64,000 nucleotides of DNA from Octopus bimaculoides (lineage: Eukaryota): contig NC_068984.1 of the NCBI RefSeq assembly GCF_001194135.2, positions 135,722,342 through 135,786,341 of the forward strand, read 5' to 3'. Both the position numbers and the translations under genes were made by a program. The notes under the pieces are model-generated. The model worked only from the letters and a program-made list of their open reading frames with translations, did no database searches and was not told the origin of the DNA. Shown piece by piece: positions 25,025-37,415 of this stretch. Within the stretch, counting starts at the first letter, position 1; each line of letters begins with the position of its first letter.

Positions 25025-26189
25025 CAGACAGAGAGAGAAAGAGAGAGATTACTACGTCCCTACATATATGTGATGTACTGTAGCCTATGTGTGTGTTGAA
25101 GAAATAAGGCAGCCAGTAACGGAGACTTAAAACTTTCTTCAGTACTCTCTTTCAGTTCCACAGGATTGGCGAAATTACATGATTGTTACTAGGGATAGGA
25201 CACTTCTTTGTTGAATGTTAGAATCGGTAAAAATATTTACAGTTGCGGTGAGTGCTACCATCAATATATCATTGACTCCCTGTCATTAAAACCGAAATCA
25301 TTAAGCCTATGAATATACTTAGATTCCAGGGCACCATTATTATCACATCAATGTGGAATTTTAAAATATAATATGGACTATTTTATTTGAATGAAATTTA
25401 AAATAGATTAGGAGTTCAGAAGGCCAGAGGTAAATTTATCTTCAGCCCTTATTTTGGAATTTATCCTGGTTTCTCTGTTTTCTAATCGGTTGAAAATGGA
25501 AAGCCCAACTGCTACTAAATGAGACACATACAAGACGTAGCGAAGACACTTTCTAAATACAATGAACACAACAATGTCGTTCGATTAGAATTATAAGGAT
25601 GAAAACAGCTAGAAATGATTGTTAAATAATCTTGGTATCTGAAAGTCTATACAACCTTTGTAATCAAACGAATAGTCACCAGGGTGCGAGCACAACATGC
25701 TCTCAGCAGTACCTACTTCGTACGTTAGGCATAGAAGCTTAACAGATCGACGTTTGAGTTTAATACTAAGACTGGAATATTTGAATCCATTATGTCCAAA
25801 ACAAATCAAAGTATAATCGTTTAAACAAATTGCCGTCCATGATATATTTCAATCAATATCAGAAATATAGATTCATAAAAGAGGAACTTAACATTTAGAA
25901 CCAGACATGAAGCGTAAGTTTGGAAAATGCTGCCTATGTGAATAAATTCATTTATTCCCCAACAACTGAGATGTAGCTTCTGAGTTTTCATCAACTTTGA
26001 AAAGGAATGAAAAGCCGGAGTTGATTTTGACGAGAATTGAACTTAGAAAACGTAGATGGTAAACAAAGAGCACTGTGACGCTTAGGAACTTCAGATTAAC
26101 TCCTATTGTTATTTACATTGTGAGTTGTGAATGTAATTACTCCCCTTTGAAAGAGTTGCTCCCAAATTCAAAGGCACTACTCTATGTCC

Positions 26190-26504
26190 TTCTTTCCTTC
26201 CTTCGCCCTTTCAAAGCCTAGCCAGGCTCATGGGCCCTGTTTCCCGGTTTCTATGGCGTATGCCTTTCCCCGCAGCTGGACGGGACGCCAGTCCATCGCA
26301 GCGTTACTGAAGAAACAGGAAGAAAGAGTAAGAGAAAGTTGGGGCGAAAGAGTACAACAGGGATCGCCCCCCCCCCTGTCGGAGCCTCGTGCAGCTTAGG
26401 AGTTTTCGCTCAATAAACACACACAACGCCCTTTCTGGGAATCGAAACCGCGATCCTCTGACCGCGAGTCCGCTGCCCTAACCACTGGGCCATTGCGCCA
26501 CCAC
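26190..26504 (-). mobile_element. SINE family C head with a different 3' module containing a V-domain-like motif
   Basis: Head GTGGTGGCGCAATGGCCCAGTGGTTAGGGCAGCGGACTCGCGGTCAGAGGATCGCGGTTTCGATTCCC as at 21718; downstream CTGCGATGGACTGGCGTCCCGTCCAG; the tail matches 63215-63260. Confidence 0.85.
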
Positions 26505-27149
26505 ACTCTAATATGTACACCTTGTCATTTGATAGCCTTTCAGTTATACGTTAATTGCTCCTCTTTGATACTATGTTTGTTTCCTTCCGTTTACTACACA
26601 GTTAACTTGCAGATAACTGAAGTTACACCTAAGATCTCCGCTTCAAAGCGTGATAGAATTTTATTTACACTTAGTTAAGAATGATTTGTCTTTGATAAAG
26701 TCTAAATTTACTATCAATTTTAGCCATTTTATCTGTAATGGATACGTTTCTCTTAAACTACTCACTTTTAAAGATTTCAATTTGCAACAACATTTATTTC
26801 CCTTGAAGTAACAATTATATCTGCAATCTTAAACTATCATTCTTATACTTTCATCCTAAAAGGAAAATAATTTATGTTAAAAACACATATGACATGGGTC
26901 ATCTATTGAAATAGCGTGTTTTGAAGTATCAAGCCTATTTTGAAAATATAACTATTATTGTGTTTTCACAACTACCCAAATAACTAGCAAACTTTTGGCA
27001 ATATGTAGCGTCTTACACACAGGTCGTTTACATGTAGTGGCCTGTAAAGTGAGACGGTTATTTAAAGATCGCTGTTTAGTATGTATTTGACATGATATTA
27101 TGTCGTTTTCTACATTTTGTATTGTTCTCATCAAATATCCTGTGACATT

Positions 27150-27925
27150 TCTATTCCATCCTGAAGTGTTTGCACAATTTGTGCAGGAAGAATATAAGAA
27201 ATGGACACATGAACAAGTTACAAAAGTTTTGCACTGGAAGCGTTGCCAGGAATGGGGATTTGAAGCTGGAGACACGCGGAATGATCATCGATTCAAAAGA
27301 GTGTTGCAGACGGAGAATTGTAAGATTTTCTGCGACTTTGCAATTGAAATGAACGACAATTTAGAAAATAACGAAGCAGATAAAACAATAATATTTTCTA
27401 CTGTAGGTAGAAGACCTGGAATATTTGGAGAGGGGTCCAGTGGAGTACATCGACCCCAGAATACAACTGGTACTTAATTTATCGACCTGGAAAGGATGAA
27501 AGGCACAATCGAATTCGACGGAAATTGAACTCAGAAGATAAAGATAGACGAAATACCATCAAGCATTTTACCCGGCGTGCTAACGTCTCTGCCAGCTCAC
27601 TGCCTTATCAGATATAACAATGATATTCGGGGAAAAAGTGAAGTTGTTTACTAAATGATCCATTATGTCCGTTTGATGAAGAAAAAAATGAAAAAAAATT
27701 AAAATCCTTTAGAACTTGAAACTGCAAGAATAGACAAATGGTTCAAGGAGATTCTATAGAATGCCCTATAGAGCTTCTACAGGACGTTTGCCTCTTAGGG
27801 ACAGGAAATATTATCGAGAGGATTCTAAGCACCTGAAAGACAATTGAAAACTAGAGGATGCCTAAGTTACTTGCTATAACACATAAATCCTACTATGAAT
27901 AAAACCGAAACTGAGTCAAATCAAT
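27150..27925 (+). mobile_element. R4/Dong-type element C-terminal region (RLE endonuclease region), interrupted by a SINE
   Basis: AQFVQEEYKKWTHEQVTKVLHWKRCQEWGFE...NDHRFKRVLQTENCKIFCDFAIE resembles LAQKEYKRRHD.VAK.VHW.LC..YGF...WYEH.PE.VLENE..KILWDF.IQ. After the SINE it reads ELLQDVCLLGTGNIIERILST*, then a UTR and an (ACT)n run. Confidence 0.8.
27400..27607 (-). mobile_element. SINE family B inserted in the R4-type element
   Basis: CTGGTACTTAATTTATCGACC.GGAAAGGATGAAAGGC...TTGAACTCAGAA...CCCGGCGTGCTAACG.CTCTGCCAGCTCACTGCC is the reverse complement of family B. Confidence 0.85.
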
Positions 27926-27926
27926 G

Positions 27927-27975
<49 letters not shown>

Positions 27976-27984
27976 AAACTGATA

Positions 27985-28490
27985 CAAACACTGATGCGAA
28001 TAGGCCAGACATATTGAAAGTCTTCAGACAAAAATCATTCATATTACGGTCCCAATCGATATAAATGTATTTATCAAGACCTACCAAAAACTAAGTAACT
28101 ATAAAGATCTTGAAATAGAAATTCGCAAAATGTGAAACCTCAAGACTAAAACAATACCAGTTGTCATAGGTGCCCTAAGATTGATAGCAAAAGGAGCTAA
28201 TTCCTAGCTCAGGTAACACGAAAATAGAAATTGGCAGAAATTTATAAAATAGTGTTCATAGGAACTGCCTATATCCTACTTAAAGTGCTGTCTATGTAAT
28301 TTCAAATTCTAAAACAAACTCATAATTTTCTTGTTTTCTTAAACATTCTCTAGAAAAATACTATGTGCAAAACCAAATATATGACACCCTAGGCATAATA
28401 CCAACATGAACTTCTAACTTGTTGTCTCTTGAGGTCTCTGGGTGAGACATGGAAGCTGCTTGTTCAAATACAAAGCAAAAGTGTAACATA
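27985..28490 (+). mobile_element. Second R4/Dong-type 3' end with (AAT)n tail
   Basis: ANRPDI...TVPIDINVFIKTYQKLSNYKDLEIEIRKM*NLKTKTIPVVIGALRLIAKGA...AEIYKIVFIGTAYILLKVLSM* (RLE PD..D motif region and terminus); (AAT)n at 28490-28547. Confidence 0.85.
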
Positions 28491-28498
28491 TAATAATA

Positions 28499-28547
<49 letters not shown>

Positions 28548-28549
<2 letters not shown>

Positions 28550-28760
28550 GGAATGACCAATAAAGGTACTGACAAGATTTTAACAGATCCCTGAGAAACC
28601 AACAATTTATGAGACTAAAAAAATTCTGTTTTCATCAACTGCCCACATTCTCAGGAAGGTTCTGTCCATCTAATATATACGAACGTTTGGTCTCCGGATG
28701 TGATCCACTCAAAAGATGAAATAAAATAGAATTCAGTCGGAAAATGATAACAATAATAAT
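28548..28760 (+). mobile_element. Third, short R4/Dong-type 3' end starting directly after the (AAT)n tail of the previous one
   Basis: GMTNKGTDKIL/IPEKPTIYETKKILFSSTAHILRKVLSI*, followed by a short UTR and a degenerate (AAT)n. Confidence 0.75.
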
Positions 28761-28789
28761 AACGAAAATAATGATAATACTTTCTACTA

Positions 28790-28987
28790 CAGGTAGAAGG
28801 CCTGAAATTTTGGTGGTGGGGTTAGTCGATTACATGAACGCCAGCACTTGACTAGAACATATCGACCCGAAACGATGAAAGGCAAAGTCGAACTCGGTGA
28901 CATTTTAATCAAATGTATGTAATACCCCGACAAATGCAGCGAAGCATTTTGTCCGGCTTGCTGACGATTTTGCCAGCTCGGCGACTT
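28790..28987 (-). mobile_element. SINE family B within an (AAT)n region
   Basis: GGCCTGAAATTTTGG...AGTCGATTACAT...ATCGACCCGAAACGATGAAAGGCAAAGTCGAACTCGG...TTTGCCAGCTCG. Confidence 0.8.
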
Positions 28988-28991
28988 CATG

Positions 28992-29079
<88 letters not shown>

Positions 29080-30124
29080 TAATAATCAGTGTTAATACAT
29101 CCACAAAAGTGTGGAAATTCGTTACAAATTGAATAGCAGCCTCATAGATAAACATTAGGCGCATAAACTGTCTTTTTAACCTTACTTTGGGCTATTCAGT
29201 TTTTGAACATATTTATTAGATGTTTGCCATAATTACATGCTTAATACATGTTAAATGCCATTTGTAACATAATCTCAACCTATAACTGTTTGCATATTTC
29301 CATATTATTTGTAATTCTTCAACAGAACATTCTGATATGTGGAGTGTGTTCCATATGATTTATTTATGTGATTGATAATGTATAATGGCTTAAGACATAT
29401 TTGTTGGATATTGCATTTTTCATTTGTTTTCCTAGCATTCACACGTTATAATGTAGAACAACGTCAAATTAGATCAAAACGGTAATGTGAAATCTACACA
29501 TGTATCCATAAATATATATATGAATTCAAGAGTAGTTATTCAACCTATCTAGATAATTATTTATACCTTGATGTTTATCTCTAAAGAAGTTAAACTACTA
29601 AAAGAAATCTATTCGAAAGATCAGACGGGATAACTGCTATTGTAAAATAACCATCTTTTATTGCAATGTACATTGGACAGTTAAAGTGTGTGTATATTAA
29701 GAATAAGTGGTTCAAAAAGATAATTCACATCATCGCACCTAAATAAATCATGGAACTTATATTTAGGAATATAATTTACGAATATATCTGTATGTTGAAG
29801 CGGTTTTATTTAGTAGTTGCAATAATGCAGAAATAGTTAAAAGATTTACGACCAAATCCCATAACCAATTTTACGGAAATATAAAAAAAAATAAAATGGA
29901 AGTGACACCGGATAAAATCGGTGGATGACCTTTCTTTGGAATTCATGTATGTTGTAAAGAACGGTGCCTGTATAATTATAATCTCACGCAAGGTTTGATA
30001 TGAAGTAATTATAATTACTTCATTAGTCATTACTAATAGACAGCCGTGTAAGTGAGCTTCCAAATTACGATTTTAATGTAGTGCTACGTATTTTTAAAAA
30101 TAAACACGCACACGCACATACACG

Positions 30125-30171
<47 letters not shown>

Positions 30172-30294
30172 ATACACACAGATACATATACATAAATATA
30201 TATTCAGTGTCAGACAGAATATATACACCACGAAAAACCGGGAAAACCAGCCTATGTGTTATGAGTGCATAGATTGGTGTGTGCGTGCGTGCGT

Positions 30295-30343
<49 letters not shown>

Positions 30344-31243
30344 CATATATGTATATGCATTAAGTCAGGAGATAGGAGAAATGAATATAGATGTATTTAA
30401 TCACATAGCATCCATTGGGTTACCGGCGTTTCAATACGTACTTCGCGTACTTCGTGTAATATTAATTTCAGGACACAAAAAATTATTGGCATATGTTTGC
30501 ATCAATATGTGAGCTCGGCATTTAACAATACAATTGAATATACACTAATTCATGAAAATAAACAAAGCTAGCTCATCAGATGACAAGAACATCATGGTTA
30601 CATTAGTTCAAATCTAAATAAACAAACAAAATTTACTTTATATTCACCTCTCATAACTCATAGTTTATATGATTTTCATATACTCCACTCAGAGTAAGTT
30701 CATCGCTTGACATTTCTGGATTTTAAGGACATGGTTATTAACAAAACACTACTTTGTAATTGATTATTGTAAGATGATAGCCGAATCCATGCGAGGAGCT
30801 TACTCAGCGGGTATCTTGATTCTCTTAGTCCATATCTTATATACTCGTATTTTTATGTGTTGGCGTGAGTGTGTGTGTGTATGTATATATATATTTGGTA
30901 TGTATGAAATAATATCAATTTCTGAATGTATAAATCTGTATGTGTATTCTGTAGCCATTGAAATTGTATCTCGGCGATTTCATATATAAAGTACAAATAA
31001 AGAGTCTTATGTAAAATCAGGTTGCAGTAGACGACACGATTTATTATGAGAATTACGGATTATGAAACATTATGATTCAAAAACGCTTAGTATTATTTTC
31101 CCACCTAATAAATCATGTCTGATACAACGTTATTAACGTGTAAAATATATTTATTCCGAGTAGATATTTAGACAGCGAAAACACTAAAGTTCGGTTGAAG
31201 ATCTGTAATGCATAAACGTGTTGTATACATAGATTTATTGCTC

Positions 31244-31274
<31 letters not shown>

Positions 31275-31599
31275 NNNNNNNNNNNNNNNNNNNNNNNNNN
31301 NNNNNNNNNNNNNNNNNNNNNNNNNNNNNNNNNNNNNNNNNNNNNNNNNNNNNNNNNNNNNNNNNNNNNNNNNNNNNNNNNNNNNNNNNNNNNNNNNNNN
31401 NNNNNNNNNNNNNNNNNNNNNNNNNNNNNNNNNNNNNNNNNNNNNNNNNNNNNNNNNNNNNNNNNNNNNNNNNNNNNNNNNNNNNNNNNNNNNNNNNNNN
31501 NNNNNNNNNNNNNNNNNNNNNNNNNNNNNNNNNNNNNNNNNNNNNNNNNNNNNNNNNNNNNNNNNNNNNNNNNNNNNNNNNTATGTATATATATATATG

Positions 31600-31652
<53 letters not shown>

Positions 31653-31946
31653 GTCTATCTATCTCTCAATCTATCAATATACATATGTGTGTGAGAGAGT
31701 GTATAGTCACAAGCACTTATATATGTGTAAGCAATATCCTACGTTGGGCGGAATGGAATGAATGTCGCAGAGATCGAAAAGATAGTATAAATACGCATTA
31801 GAGCCACTCTTTCAATGTCTTGAAGGTATTATATAAATCTATTATCCCTGTTCACTTCGTACTTGTTGTTTCGTAGATTTAAGTAAAGAAAACAGTAAAC
31901 TTTTAAGTCAACCCCTGATCGAAATTAATTCTGTTTACCACTATTC

Positions 31947-32003
<57 letters not shown>

Positions 32004-33984
32004 NNNNNNNNNNNNNNNNNNNNNNNNNNNNNNNNNNNNNNNNNNNNNNNNNNNNNNNNNNNNNNNNNNNNNNNNNNNNNNNNNNNNNNNNNNNNNNNNN
32101 NNNNNNNNNNNNNNNNNNNNNNNNNNNNNNNNNNNNNNNNNNNNNNNNNNNNNNNNNNNNNNNNNNNNNNNNNNNNNNNNNNNNNNNNNNNNNNNNNNNN
32201 NNNNNNNNNNNNNNNNNNNNNNNNNNNNNNNNNNNNNNNNNNNNNNNNNNNNNNNNNNNNNNNNNNNNNNNNNNNNNNNNNNNNNNNNNNNNNNNNNNNN
32301 NNNNNNNNNNNNNNNNNNNNNNNNNNNNNNNNNNNNNNNNNNNNNNNNNNNNNNNNNNNNNNNNNNNNNNNNNNNNNNNNNNNNNNNNNNNNNNNNNNNN
32401 NNNNNNNNNNNNNNNNNNNNNNNNNNNNNNNNNNNNNNNNNNNNNNNNNNNNNNNNNNNNNNNNNNNNNNNNNNNNNNNNNNNNNNNNNNNNNNNNNNNN
32501 NNNNNNNNNNNNNNNNNNNNNNNNNNNNNNNNNNNNNNNNNNNNNNNNNNNNNNNNNNNNNNNNNNNNNNNNNNNNNNNNNNNNNNNNNNNNNNNNNNNN
32601 NNNNNNNNNNNNNNNNNNNNNNNNNNNNNNNNNNNNNNNNNNNNNNNNNNNNNNNNNNNNNNNNNNNNNNNNNNNNNNNNNNNNNNNNNNNNNNNNNNNN
32701 NNNNNNNNNNNNNNNNNNNNNNNNNNNNNNNNNNNNNNNNNNNNNNNNNNNNNNNNNNNNNNNNNNNNNNNNNNNNNNNNNNNNNNNNNNNNNNNNNNNN
32801 NNNNNNNNNNNNNNNNNNNNNNNNNNNNNNNNNNNNNNNNNNNNNNNNNNNNNNNNNNNNNNNNNNNNNNNNNNNNNNNNNNNNNNNNNNNNNNNNNNNN
32901 NNNNNNNNNNNNNNNNNNNNNNNNNNNNNNNNNNNNNNNNNNNNNNNNNNNNNNNNNNNNNNNNNNNNNNNNNNNNNNNNNATATATACAAACATATATA
33001 TGCATATACATATTATATATGAGATGATAGTTTCTGTATAAAGCAAGGCTGCACTATATTTTTAGTAATTTTTTTTTATTCGAAGAATAATTTGATTTAA
33101 AAGAGTAGCATAGCATGGATGTTCCCGGTTTCAAAGAGAAATTTGCAATTTATTATTTGTACTTAGGTATTGGAGGTCAATCATACATTCCCTTTTCAAT
33201 TCTGTTCACCTTATTGTCGTTGTCTTTGAGAAATGTCGATGAGTCTTTTACATATAACTAAAAATACAAACGCAATCATAAGCGCAACGGGATCTTCATT
33301 TTTAAAGTTATATATACACAAGTTTAGTTATCACTCGTAGTAATTTTAGAAGTAATAAGACTGGTGAAGAGAGGGAAAAGTGTAACAACGATATAGGTTT
33401 CTGGTGAACACTACTTCGATCTCAGTAAATAGTATATATTTTATTAACTGATACGATTAATAGCATATTGAACAATCTACATGGGAAATTCTAGTCTATG
33501 TAATGCGCTCTAGTTTTATCAACCGACAAGGATCTACAGAAGGAATACTTTCATTCAATGTAATGTGTAATCGTAATTTTTAAGATAAGTACAAAGAAAG
33601 TCGTAGGAGATCAAATACGACATTTTATGGGATAATTAAAACACAAGTGTATGGTACAAACGATATCAGAGTACAAAACATTATTCGCGACATCGTCCTG
33701 CAATATAGAAATCTGTCTTTGATTCAAAAGGCTTTCAAATGTAACATCAAACACTGTACTAGCTGATTATTACACACACCTTCCTAAATGACCGTCCGAG
33801 AACATAATCGCTCTCACACAACACTACACGATCTACGGAGTCATGACATATAAGAGAGCACAAACTCAAGAAAAAGTTCAAAGGCAAAGCTAACAAAAAA
33901 AAACGAAAATAATCATACTCCATCAAAATGCAACTCAGATACAGAATTTCTATATTTGCAAAGGGGTTCGTACTTCAGTAACAA

Positions 33985-34093
33985 TTATTGCACTTCTTCT
34001 TCTTGCCATGAAGGGGCTTTTCTTGCCATCTTTTTATCATGGTCCGTTGCTGTTCTAGTTTTAGTCTGGATTCCATGTGTTTTATAGCTTTTG

Positions 34094-34097
<4 letters not shown>
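33985..34097 (-). mobile_element. Short R4/Dong-type ORF fragment (post-RT region) next to (GAA)n/(AAT)n arrays
   Basis: KAIKHMESRLKLEQQRTMIKRWQEKPLHGK resembles the W.EKPLHG motif that follows the RT thumb in R4-clade elements. Confidence 0.6.
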
Positions 34098-34179
<82 letters not shown>

Positions 34180-34668
34180 TCTTCTTNNNNNNNNNNNNNN
34201 NNNNNNNNNNNNNNNNNNNNNNNNNNNNNNNNNNNNNNNNNNNNNNNNNNNNNNNNNNNNNNNNNNNNNNNNNNNNNNNNNNNNNNNNNNNNNNNNNNNN
34301 NNNNNNNNNNNNNNNNNNNNNNNNNNNNNNNNNNNNNNNNNNNNNNNNNNNNNNNNNNNNNNNNNNNNNNNNNNNNNNNNNNNNNNNNNNNNNNNNNNNN
34401 NNNNNNNNNNNNNNNNNNNNNNNNNNNNNNNNNNNNNNNNNNNNNNNNNNNNNNNNNNNNNNNNNNNNNNNNNNNNNNNNNNNNNNNNNNNNNNNNNNNN
34501 NNNNNNNNNNNNNNNNNNNNNNNNNNNNNNNNNNNNNNNNNNNNNNNNNNNNNNNNNNNNNNNNNNNNNNNNNNNNNNNNNNNNNNNNNNNNNNNNNNNN
34601 NNNNNNNNNNNNNNNNNNNNNNNNNNNNNNNNNNNNNNNNNNNNNNNNNNNNNNNNNNNNNNNNNNNN

Positions 34669-34709
<41 letters not shown>

Positions 34710-34731
34710 GAAGAAGAAGAAGAAGAAGAAG

Positions 34732-34789
<58 letters not shown>

Positions 34790-34844
34790 GTAATAATAAA
34801 AATAAAAATAGAAATAATAATACTAAGACTAAGATAAAAATAAA

Positions 34845-34909
<65 letters not shown>
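34097..34909. repeat. (TTC)n, assembly gap, then compound (AAT)/(AAG)/(GAT)n array
   Basis: Directly visible. Confidence 0.95.
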
Positions 34910-34911
<2 letters not shown>

Positions 34912-35340
34912 TATTTCAATTCTTTAAACTTTTCTAAACTTATTGCTTAAATTGACAGGTAGGACATTTAACCATAACTGTAATTTAATGATTGAAACAC
35001 TAATTAGTAAGCAAGAAATCAACAGTTAAATAGTCGCTGAACGATTGATTGTAGTTTTGTGTTTTTTATTTGGTATCGAACAAAGCGACCATTTGCTTAG
35101 TTTTTTCTTTGCAAGTGACAATTTAATGAGATACTTGCGATAGCCTTGCTGACGGGAAGGTTAATAACAGACGAAAATTATGTTAAAATTAGTCTGGACA
35201 ATTAGTGATCGACAAGATGAATAGGGGAGGTTTCAAGATTATAAAGCGGGTACAATAAAAATTACATATTTGAATGGTACATTTTTGCTTAAATACTCTT
35301 CTGGTTCCGTCTACCATTTGATATTTGATATGATTCTAAG

Positions 35341-35382
<42 letters not shown>

Positions 35383-35566
35383 GTGTGCGTGCGCGTATGT
35401 ATGTTTGTATATATATGTATATACCTATGTTCTTTTGCTTGATTCACTCATTTGACTGTGGCTACAGCTTGAAGGCTTTTATTCAATGAAATTTGCACCA
35501 GGACTTTTCTTTTTAAGCCTAGTATTTAATCTATCGGATCTATTTTGCCGAACCGCTAAGACACAC

Positions 35567-35613
<47 letters not shown>

Positions 35614-37109
35614 ATGTGCGTGTGTGTGTGTGTGTGAGAGAGAGAGAGATATAAGGCTAAGGATGGGAGCGATGACCTCCGTTCACAAATGCGAATCGGA
35701 CACAGAATGTGTGTCGTTAGCCAGCTGGAAGACATATATGTTCCTGGAGCTATAAACGTCAGTAGCACTGTCCTGTATAAAACACCACACTTGGTTGGCA
35801 ATTATATATTACGATTCCGTATAGCTACTGTTTACATCTCACTCAGGGATTTAATGTAGTACACACTGAATCACACTCACATATATATAGTTAAAGAAGA
35901 GAGTGACAGAGAGAGACGGACAGAAATAGTGAGAAATACATAGATATGTTGGTAGGTAGGTAGGTAGGTAGGTAGAGAAAGACAGACATAATACTTTTGA
36001 ATCATGAAAAAATACAGGCCAGCAATTACATTCGCTCATAAAATATAATTTTTAACTAAACTTATGTATACACATGTATCTACCTCCACCTTCGTTGGAA
36101 CTTATTAGATGAACGAAAGGAAAGAATTTCTTATAGATGCCAACTACATGCTACAACCTGCACCAGGCCAATTCTTCATCTAGCCAACTTCCAAATGATC
36201 ATCTACTTCTCAAAACACCTAGCTACTAACAGTATCTTGACTCCACTTTCTTATTACACCCAACTGCAAATGCATTTCTAACATAATCTTCTGTTCACTA
36301 GCTGCCACAATAACTTGGTTAACACTTGCCTAAATTTTATCGAATCGAAGCAAAAGCAAAAATGATTCCAGAAAATGCTTGTGAAGCAGCATGAGAGAGA
36401 AAGACTGTTTTCGGAATCCAATAACATCACAATCCTCTACCTAAATTCAGCACTAAATATTTCTACGAGCATGACTATAGACGTGGCTAAGCCCTAAACC
36501 TAGAAACCAATATCAAAACCTATAACTCCAATAACATACAGAAATTAATAACGTCATTAAAACTACAGAAAGTTGTCACAGCGTATACTGTTGTGTACAA
36601 ATAATCGAAGTAAATTGCGATATTACATAGTGAATATTGAAGCACAGAAAACAAGGCGAAAAGCACAGAAAATATTAACATCCCTCATAAATCCTAACAC
36701 TAAGAGGAGTTTAATAATAGTTAGAGCTAATGGTAATATCATACCACATAATACAGCTGCAACATTAAATATTATGCCCGCTGCTACCGTAAGCTAATGC
36801 GTTGACGAGACATTTCTCGAAATTCACTGACCAGATATCACACAAAAAGACTGTAATAGAAAAAGGAAGATAAACATATGTTCAGATAGCGATTTCAGCC
36901 TTTTTATCCATTTGGGTATTATCCATACAATTTCAAAATAAGGTGATGAAAATCAGAATAAGCAACAAGGATATCCAAAGTTAATGCAGTACGATCGTTT
37001 CATGCGATTCCATTTATTTAAGCAATGTGAACATTATATATATATATAGGAAAATGCGTTGTTGAAAATGCACTTAAATTTCAAAAGCTCGTAAATGTTT
37101 AAAATACAT

Positions 37110-37415
37110 TTATTTACATACATACCAAACTAGTTTCAACAATATTTCTTGTTTATCAATAGTAAAAGTTTGAAATTAGAAAAACATCGTTAAAAATTTC
37201 GATGTTGACAAACTAAAATGTTTCAATGTTGATAACTTATGATGTACAAAAGAGAAGGTGTACGTTTGAAATTCAAATTGTATTTCAATTTGTTAGAATG
37301 TACAAGGTTCATTAATTTCAGTGGTGACCAAACTTACACCTGTTTTGAACAAGATAATTTATCAACATTGAAATATTTTAATTTGTCAACATTGAAACAT
37401 TTTGATTTGTCAACT
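37110..37415. repeat. AT-rich dispersed repeat, copy 1, with 24-bp tandem and inverted sub-repeats
   Basis: Collinear with 46815-47130 (TACCAAACTAGT...AATATTT.TTGTTTATCAAT.GTAAAA...AGAAAAACATC...GTTGAC.AA.TAAAATG.TTCAATGTTGA...TACAA.GTTCATTAATTT.AGTGGT); the unit ATTGAAAYATTTTRATTTGTCAAC occurs in both orientations. Confidence 0.7.

Noticed and set aside
26430-26504. tRNA-like sequences (also 21650-21718, 63070-63145, 41545-41605)
   Set aside because: They have A/B boxes but no complete cloverleaf or acceptor stem, and they continue into SINE bodies; SINE heads, not tRNA genes
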